Program-made: the position numbers and the translations under genes
Notes under the pieces: model-generated
The model's database searches: none
Told to the model about the DNA's origin: nothing
What the model saw: the letters and a program-made list of their open reading frames with translations, nothing else
From: Nostoc sp. PCC 7120 = FACHB-418
Lineage (GTDB): Bacteria; Cyanobacteriota; Cyanobacteriia; Cyanobacteriales; Nostocaceae
Assembly: GCF_000009705.1 (NCBI RefSeq)
Contig: NC_003240.1
Span: 60,001-92,000, forward strand
Length of the DNA: 32,000 nucleotides
Direction of reading: 5' to 3'
Part shown: piece after piece, positions 26,902-32,000 of the stretch
Layout: each line of letters opens with the position of its first letter
Position numbering within the stretch: position 1 is the first letter of the stretch

Positions 26902-27603
26902 TTAACTTTCTTCGGGGTTGGATTTATACCAAGCCTGATACCACTGCTGCATCTGGTTAATTTCAGCTGTTTGAGTTTTAATGATGGACTGAGCTAAGTT
27001 ACGAATTTCTGGTTTGGTAGCTTTTTTAGTAGCCATCTGCGACATCATTAGAGCCATGCGATGATGAGGAATCATCTGACGGATAAATTCTTTGTCGAAA
27101 TCTGGTGCATTTTTCAAGGCTGCCAAATCTACATTCATACCCATCATGTTGCAGTTCATCGGCATTTTCATCATGCCTGGGTTCATCTGTTGGCACATAC
27201 GCTGATGCCTTGCCATCATGCCTTGATGATTCATGGCTGTTGCAGGTACTTCTTTCCCGTACCATGCCTTGTACCAAGTTTTCATTTGCTGAATTTCGCG
27301 GTTTTGTTCTTGTTTAATAGCTTGAGCTAGCTTTTTAATTTCTGGGCGTTGAGCGCGACTTAATGCGATATCAGCCATTTCCATTGCTTGAGTGTGATGA
27401 GGAACCATCATTTCAATGAAATGTTGATCCATATTAGTCATCATCCTTCTTTGGGGAGGAGGACTAGTTTCTGTAGATGGGTGATGAGTATTGTGTTCTG
27501 AGTTTGAAACCTGTGCTTGTGCGTTATTTAAAATTACTAATCCAGCGAGCGTACTACTGGTTAATAGACCAGCTAAGCCATAAAACAATGTTTTTGTCTT
27601 CAT
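26902..27603 (-). CDS. DUF305 periplasmic metal-binding protein (CopM-like)
   Basis: Signal peptide, then two internal repeats (FIEMMVPHHTQAMEMA... and FIRQMIPHHRMALMMS...) and a Met-rich linker (MNPGMMKMPMNCNMMGMN). A GAGGTGG Shine-Dalgarno precedes the ATG. Confidence 0.8.
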   Translation of the reverse strand: MKTKTLFYGLAGLLTSSTLAGLVILNNAQAQVSNSEHNTHHPSTETSPPPQRRMMTNMDQHFIEMMVPHHTQAMEMADIALSRAQRPEIKKLAQAIKQEQNREIQQMKTWYKAWYGKEVPATAMNHQGMMARHQRMCQQMNPGMMKMPMNCNMMGMNVDLAALKNAPDFDKEFIRQMIPHHRMALMMSQMATKKATKPEIRNLAQSIIKTQTAEINQMQQWYQAWYKSNPEES

Positions 27604-27845
27604 AACCCCACCTCATTTTAGGAGTTAAACACAACTTATATTTATGAAATTATCGAGAGATTGTGAGGAACTTGTGAGATAAAAAATATTCGATTAACTC
27701 AATGAAATTGTGCAAATAGAAAGCGGTAATCACGGCTTTTTAAAGCTTTACTTTCTTGAAATAATTAAGCTAATTTTCTTTCCAACCACTTAGTTAGATA
27801 TTTCTATCTTCCATAAAATCCTATACTTTAAGCTTTTCACCTAGA

Positions 27846-27863
27846 GATGAAAAGAGGATGAAA
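27846..27863 (-). promoter_or_regulatory. direct-repeat box c (GATGAAAAGAGGATGAAA on +), 243 nt upstream of the DUF305 gene
   Basis: Same 11-bp-period heptamer pair as boxes a and b. It is the only box upstream of the long minus-strand operon. Confidence 0.5.
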
Positions 27864-28019
27864 TATTTTTTATGTACACCTTTCTTTACAAATCAAGGCG
27901 ATAGCAAAGGACTGCTTTCAGTAGATGATATCTTCGTTAGTGTCGTAATAGATGCGATGGTCTCCGAATCTACCGTGGGCGATCGCGCTTTTTGGCATTT
28001 GTGTAACATCCATGCCTAC

Positions 28020-28275
28020 TTAATTAAGGGATTGTCCCACATCGACTGCTAGCAATTGGTCATGAGTTGCTTTACCAGTCAACACTAGTACCCCGTTGAT
28101 GGCGATTGCTTGCATTGACTGAACTCCATACTGTTCAACTTTCGCTAGATAAGTCTGCTGCTCCTAAACTGAACACAAGTCATCAACTAATACTTCACAA
28201 TTTGAGCCAGCTAGTTCTTACGCTGTGCAAACTGTATCCTCACAAAGAGGGCAATTAGCTATAAATATCTGAATT
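28020..28275 (-). pseudogene. decayed thioredoxin-fold (CxxC) gene with in-frame stops
   Basis: Hand translation of the minus strand gives QIQIFIANCPLCEDTVCTA*ELAGSNCEVLVDDLCSV*EQQTYLAKVEQYGVQSMQAIAINGVLVLTGKATHDQLLA...SLN*. No ATG start is evident. Confidence 0.4.
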
Positions 28276-28486
28276 TGACATTTATTTTGCCATAATGTTG
28301 ACCAATAATTACCTTACTAGTATTTTCAATCCTCCATTTACCAGGAGAGTCAAGTCTAAACAATACAATATTAATAATTTGTAATAAATTTAATTTTTTC
28401 TTCTGACAGCAAGGAAATGAAGAAGTTACTGTTAGAAAAAATGCAGCAACCGCATAAATTGACTTTTTCATAACTAACTCTGGCAA
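28259..28486 (-). CDS. 75-aa ORF whose signal peptide resembles those of the neighbouring paralogs (possible remnant)
   Basis: MKKSIYAVAAFFLTVTSS resembles MKKLIYAAAFTLVFASS of the 28586-29062 gene, including at the nucleotide level over the first ~30 nt. The rest has no similarity. Confidence 0.25.
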   Translation of the reverse strand: MPELVMKKSIYAVAAFFLTVTSSFPCCQKKKLNLLQIINIVLFRLDSPGKWRIENTSKVIIGQHYGKINVKFRYL

Positions 28487-28585
28487 GATGATATAGGGTA
28501 GGCAAAATCCACTATCCCACCCTACAGCTACCGATTAATTTGGTTGACAGCAAGCCACACCTAAAATTAACAGCAGTTACTCACC

Positions 28586-29062
28586 TTAGCCACCGTAAGT
28601 CTGAATCCGAGCTAAACCAAGTGGAATTTCTTCTTTCATATCAATCTTTTTGACAGATACGGGATAATGCCAAGTTCCCTCATAATCTGGAGTCTTAACT
28701 CCTTTCATACGAATTGATATAGTTGTACCAGGAACTACTGGTTCGGAAAAAGCTACAGTAGCTTTTTTGTTGTTAATAGAAACCGTTGTAGGAATTTTTT
28801 GACCTAATTTGTTTTGGACTTCAATTCCTTTATCAATACTTATTCCTTCTGGTAAATCAATCGCCAATTCTGAAAGTGCTTTACCTTGGACATGAACATC
28901 AAATTTATGAGTAGCATCTGGGATACGGGCATCATTAGGAACAGCAGCACTATTACCTAGATGAGAAATATTAGCATCATTTGGATTTTTAGCCCAAGCA
29001 GTAGAAACTGAAGATGCAAAAACTAAGGTAAAAGCAGCTGCGTAAATCAGCTTTTTCATCAA
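28586..29062 (-). CDS. secreted protein, paralog 1 (DUF2808-like, tentative)
   Basis: Signal peptide ending in AWA, an AAGGAG Shine-Dalgarno, and the shared C-terminal pattern ...EIPLGLARIQ. Confidence 0.7.
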   Translation of the reverse strand: MMKKLIYAAAFTLVFASSVSTAWAKNPNDANISHLGNSAAVPNDARIPDATHKFDVHVQGKALSELAIDLPEGISIDKGIEVQNKLGQKIPTTVSINNKKATVAFSEPVVPGTTISIRMKGVKTPDYEGTWHYPVSVKKIDMKEEIPLGLARIQTYGG

Positions 29063-29225
29063 TATTCTCCTTATTTAGTTAACCAATGAACTATCTCTAT
29101 AGGAATCCGACTTGAGTCTTGCTATGTATACTGAGAAGCCAAACCTTATTTGACAGGCTTTCAGTTAGGTTGACTTTTCAACAATCAAATGGGATTTCTA
29201 TATATTTATAATTATGAAAGCTATT

Positions 29226-29243
29226 GATGAAATCAAGATGAAA
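29226..29243 (-). promoter_or_regulatory. direct-repeat box d (GATGAAATCAAGATGAAA on +), 164 nt upstream of paralog 1
   Basis: Exact heptamer pair with an 11-bp period. Confidence 0.5.
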
Positions 29244-29350
29244 TATTGTTATGTCAAGGGAAATTTAAAATGTAGTTATTAAACGTAATTATTCAAAATT
29301 GTTTCTGATTGAACTATTAAATATCTAAATTTAAAAGCAACTTAAAATTC

Positions 29351-29388
29351 TCCTGATAGTTAACTCAAAAATCAGTTAACTATCAGGA
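29351..29388 (-). terminator. terminator hairpin after paralog 2
   Basis: Perfect 15-bp stem TCCTGATAGTTAACT / AGTTAACTATCAGGA with an 8-nt loop, flanked by T/A runs on both strands. Confidence 0.65.
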
Positions 29389-29411
29389 ATTTTATTTGGA
29401 TAGCGAAGATT

Positions 29412-29900
29412 TTAAGGACTAATACGAAACCTAGCTACACCTATAGGTATTTTTGCATCACTACCAATGAGATTAGCAGATAAATAATAAACAGGGCCAT
29501 TACCAAGAAATGGTTGTTTGACATTCTTAATGTCAATCTCTAGCTTACTGTTAGGAGCAACTGGTTCAGCAAAAGCTAGTAGTATAGTCTTACCATTCAA
29601 AGAAACATTAGCGTTAATTTTTTGACCATTCTCTTTGTTTACAACAACATCATTAATATCATTGCTCCACCTTACAGTACTTGGAACTTCAATATTTAAC
29701 TGCGAAACATCTTTACTATTTTTAGGAACGTGTACTCGCAAAGTATGTCTAACAACCGCCCAGCGAGTCGGAGGAAATTGATAGTTACCCTCAACATGAG
29801 GAAGACTATCATTTTCTTCATTGGCACTTGCATAGTTGGCAGAAATTAAAAATGCAGCAGCTAGAGTAGATATAGCAATGTAAGCTAGCATTTTTTTCAT
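29412..29900 (-). CDS. secreted protein, paralog 2 (DUF2808-like, tentative)
   Basis: MKKMLAYIAISTLAAAFLISANYASA signal peptide; the ATG at 29900 has an AGGAG Shine-Dalgarno. HTLRVHVPKNSKDVSQLNIEVPSTV...KIPIGVARFRI aligns with paralog 3. Confidence 0.7.
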   Translation of the reverse strand: MKKMLAYIAISTLAAAFLISANYASANEENDSLPHVEGNYQFPPTRWAVVRHTLRVHVPKNSKDVSQLNIEVPSTVRWSNDINDVVVNKENGQKINANVSLNGKTILLAFAEPVAPNSKLEIDIKNVKQPFLGNGPVYYLSANLIGSDAKIPIGVARFRISP

Positions 29901-30116
29901 ATTTACTCCTAATTTAATCAGTAACATCAGCAAATATTCAGATTCGTGTTTAGTAAGCCGTTATCAACTAATACATAACAACTAGGTAAAGACAGAATTA
30001 TCTATCTCCTACATTCACACAAGAATCAAGAGAAGTTAAAAGCCTTCTCATTAACTTGTTTACTGTTTTAAGTCAAAAAGGCCTACTACCTTTATTGATC
30101 AAGTTTGGCAGGTCTT

Positions 30117-30134
30117 AATGAAATCTGGATGAAA
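30117..30134 (-). promoter_or_regulatory. direct-repeat box e (AATGAAATCTGGATGAAA on +), 217 nt upstream of paralog 2
   Basis: Heptamer pair with an 11-bp period. It shares the flank TTTGGCAGG-N4 with boxes a and f. Confidence 0.5.
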
Positions 30135-30161
30135 TTTTTGATTAACATAAAAATCTACATA

Positions 30162-30625
30162 TTAAAATGTAGGGAATTTAGCTAAACCAATAGGAATTTC
30201 TACCTCACTGCCAACAACTTTCACTGAAAAGCGGTATACAGAATCCGGGCCTGTAACTGGTTGTTGAACTTTATTAAAATTAACTAAGAGCTTAGTGTTA
30301 GAAATAACCTTTTCAGGGAACTCTATAATAATTTGTCTGCCATTGGCGGAAATATTAGTATTAATTTTCTGATCATTCACATCCAAGACATCAATATCAT
30401 TACTCACTGCTACAGTAGATGGAGTTTCAATAATAAGTTGAGAAAGAGCGTTGTTATTTTTGGGGATATTTAACCGAAAAGTATGTTTTACAAAACGCCA
30501 GCTATTAGTAGGATATTGCAAATTATTATCAACATAGTCTCCTTAGCATTTGCCTTAGTCATGCAAATGAAAGCTATAGTGCCAAGAGCAAATACTGTAC
30601 CTGTGTAAATCCATATTTTCTTCAT
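30162..30625 (-). pseudogene. paralog 3 (DUF2808-like), with its signal peptide and mature domain in different frames
   Basis: The ATG at 30625 encodes MKKIWIYTGTVFALGTIAFICMTKANA, and that frame stops at 30488-30490. The domain frame (GDYVDNNLQYPTNSWRFVKHTFRLNIP...) is closed by a TAA at 30543-30545. The frames switch near 30539-30550. Confidence 0.6.
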
Positions 30626-30709
30626 CTTGAATTGTGAAACAACCATTATGTAAAATAAGTTACAATTTTCTACTGAATAGACCTTTACATAATAAGTTTG
30701 ACATGTCAG

Positions 30710-30727
30710 GATGAAATTAGGGTGAAA
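30710..30727 (-). promoter_or_regulatory. direct-repeat box f (GATGAAATTAGGGTGAAA on +), 85 nt upstream of paralog 3
   Basis: Heptamer pair with an 11-bp period. In the gene direction a TATTAT follows it 15 nt later. Confidence 0.5.
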
Positions 30728-30967
30728 TTTTGACTAGTTCAAAAAATAATTTGGTGATGTTGTGATAGTTAGCTAAACCTGAACTAGAACTTTAGTTACT
30801 GCAACAAAAAATTCAATATTTTCAGTCTCAAGAACTAACAAGATCGTGGAAATCAGTTGTGGATGATATTAAAAAATCAGGCTTTTAGTTGTAAAAGTAC
30901 AATTAAAAGTCCGATTCTGCATCAAAGCATAAGTATAAAAGGCTCAATAATAGTATAGAGACATCAA

Positions 30968-30985
30968 AGTGAAATTAAGATGAAA
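30968..30985 (-). promoter_or_regulatory. direct-repeat box g (AGTGAAATTAAGATGAAA on +), with no obvious target ORF
   Basis: Heptamer pair with an 11-bp period. In the minus direction a TATACT follows it 10 nt later. Confidence 0.4.
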
Positions 30986-31041
30986 ATTGAGCATGACTAA
31001 AGAGAAAATTAGTGTTTACTATCATTCACCCGAACAAATTA

Positions 31042-31719
31042 TTAACGCTGAATTTGCTGAATCAGGGCTTGTGTTTGTTGATAAGCTTGGGTATCACCTT
31101 GTTTAAGAAACAGTTTTGCAGCTTGCTGAAGGTCTGTAACAGCACTCTTACTGTCTCCTAAAGCATATTGTGCCAGTCCTCGGTTGCCATAGGCATCAGC
31201 TAAATTGGGATTGATTTGTAGTGCTTTATTAAAATCTGCGATCGCTTGCTGATGATTTCCCTGTCTAAAATGGGCTAGTCCTAGATTGTAATAACCATCT
31301 TGTGAGTTTGGATCAATTTTCACTGTCTGATTAAAGTCGGCAATGGCTTTCTGAAAATCTCCTAGTTCTACATAAGAAATTCCCCGACCATTATAAGCAT
31401 CTGTATGCTTGGGATTTAACCGCAGCGCTAGGTTAAAGTCAGAGATGGCTGCACTGAAGTCTCTCAATTGAGATTTAGCTAAACCACGAAGGCAAAAACC
31501 TTCATAAAACCGTGGATTCATCTGTACTACAGAGTTAAAATCTGCGATCGCACCATTGAAGTTGCCTTGCTCAAGCTTTTGCACTCCTTGGTTATAGTAC
31601 TCTTGGAAGTTCGTCGCCTTCAAAGGTATTTGTGCTTCTCTCGCAGAAACAGCAGCAGGCATTACACCCAGTAGACTTGTTATTCCCAGGATGGCTACTG
31701 TTCGCTTGATATATTTCAT
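31042..31719 (-). CDS. secreted TPR-repeat protein
   Basis: Signal peptide ending in AVSA, then five or more 34-aa repeats with AIADFN..L.(I/L)NP...A(Y)..RG periodicity. Confidence 0.85.
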   Translation of the reverse strand: MKYIKRTVAILGITSLLGVMPAAVSAREAQIPLKATNFQEYYNQGVQKLEQGNFNGAIADFNSVVQMNPRFYEGFCLRGLAKSQLRDFSAAISDFNLALRLNPKHTDAYNGRGISYVELGDFQKAIADFNQTVKIDPNSQDGYYNLGLAHFRQGNHQQAIADFNKALQINPNLADAYGNRGLAQYALGDSKSAVTDLQQAAKLFLKQGDTQAYQQTQALIQQIQR

Positions 31720-31779
31720 GGCTTTACCCCTTCATTCTTGCAGCATGACATTGGATTGCCACGGATCTGTTCCTTTATT

Positions 31780-32000
31780 TTAACTGGGAACTTGTAATAG
31801 CCATCCCCAAAGACTTTGTAATAGCAACCAAGCATTTAAGCCAACGATGACAATAGCAACTAACCAAGCTAAAGATTTTAACCACAAGGGATTGACAAAC
31901 TCACCCATCAAGCGGCGATTACTTGTAAACATCACCAAGGGAATTACTGCAAACGGTAACTGTAAACTGAGGATGACTTGACTGAGAACTATGAGGCTGC
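31780..32000 (-). CDS. mntH: Nramp-family Mn(II)/Fe(II) transporter, C-terminal part (partial; continues beyond the window)
   Basis: Hand translation gives ...[60 protein letters not shown], which matches the conserved MntH C-terminus. Confidence 0.75.
   Translation of the reverse strand, partial: SLIVLSQVILSLQLPFAVIPLVMFTSNRRLMGEFVNPLWLKSLAWLVAIVIVGLNAWLLLQSLWGWLLQVPS

Noticed and set aside
16814-27330. Shadow ORFs in the metal module (16814-17014, 21359-21602, 23468-23831, 24422-25651, 26276-26515, 27026-27330).
   Set aside because: All are antisense to or out of frame within the kinase, transporter, ICMT, ATPase and DUF305 genes. The many + strand ORFs across 24.4-26.5 kb are the usual artefact of a GC-richer gene on the other strand.
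27858-28052. ORF on the + strand whose ATG lies inside box c.
   Set aside because: The ATG is simply the ATGAAA of the repeat. The ORF is antisense to the decayed thioredoxin-like frame, and its translation has no features.
19222-30985. Whether the recurring 18-bp boxes could be a CRISPR-like or MITE-like repeat family.
   Set aside because: The units are only 18 bp, separated by hundreds to thousands of bp at irregular spacing. They always lie in promoter-like positions and have no flanking inverted repeats or target-site duplications.

Overview
The window looks like part of a plasmid or plasmid-like element from a filamentous cyanobacterium. The evidence is many HIP1 octamers (GCGATCGC), AT-rich coding sequence and cyanobacteria-typical gene families. 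It has two modules. (1) Positions 1-16.7 kb, almost all on the + strand, hold a replication and partition module: an orphan N6-adenine methyltransferase, the beta sliding clamp (dnaN), a short gamma-type dnaX, a compact family-B DNA polymerase, holA, holB, a tail-less SSB, parA/parB, and several unknown ORFs in between. The PolB and one unknown ORF both end in the canonical beta-clamp-binding pentapeptide QLSLF. I consider this self-contained PolB, clamp, clamp-loader and SSB replisome the most interesting candidate system. (2) Positions 16.9-32 kb hold a metal (probably copper) homeostasis island. It contains an OmpR-type two-component system and a PLP enzyme plus transporter pair. It also has a minus-strand operon: DUF305/CopM-like, an unannotated YHS mini-ORF, a P1B-type Cu ATPase, DUF2933, an ICMT-like methyltransferase, DedA/TVP38 and Usp. 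Further right are three tandem secreted DUF2808-like paralogs (one frameshifted), a TPR protein and the 3' end of mntH. Seven copies of an 18-bp direct-repeat box (rATGAAA-N4-GATGAAA, 11-bp period) lie in the intergenic regions of module 2 only. They are a candidate regulon signature for the adjacent response regulator. No rRNA, tRNA, CRISPR array or transposase was seen. All calls come from reading the sequence and ORF translations; no database search was run.
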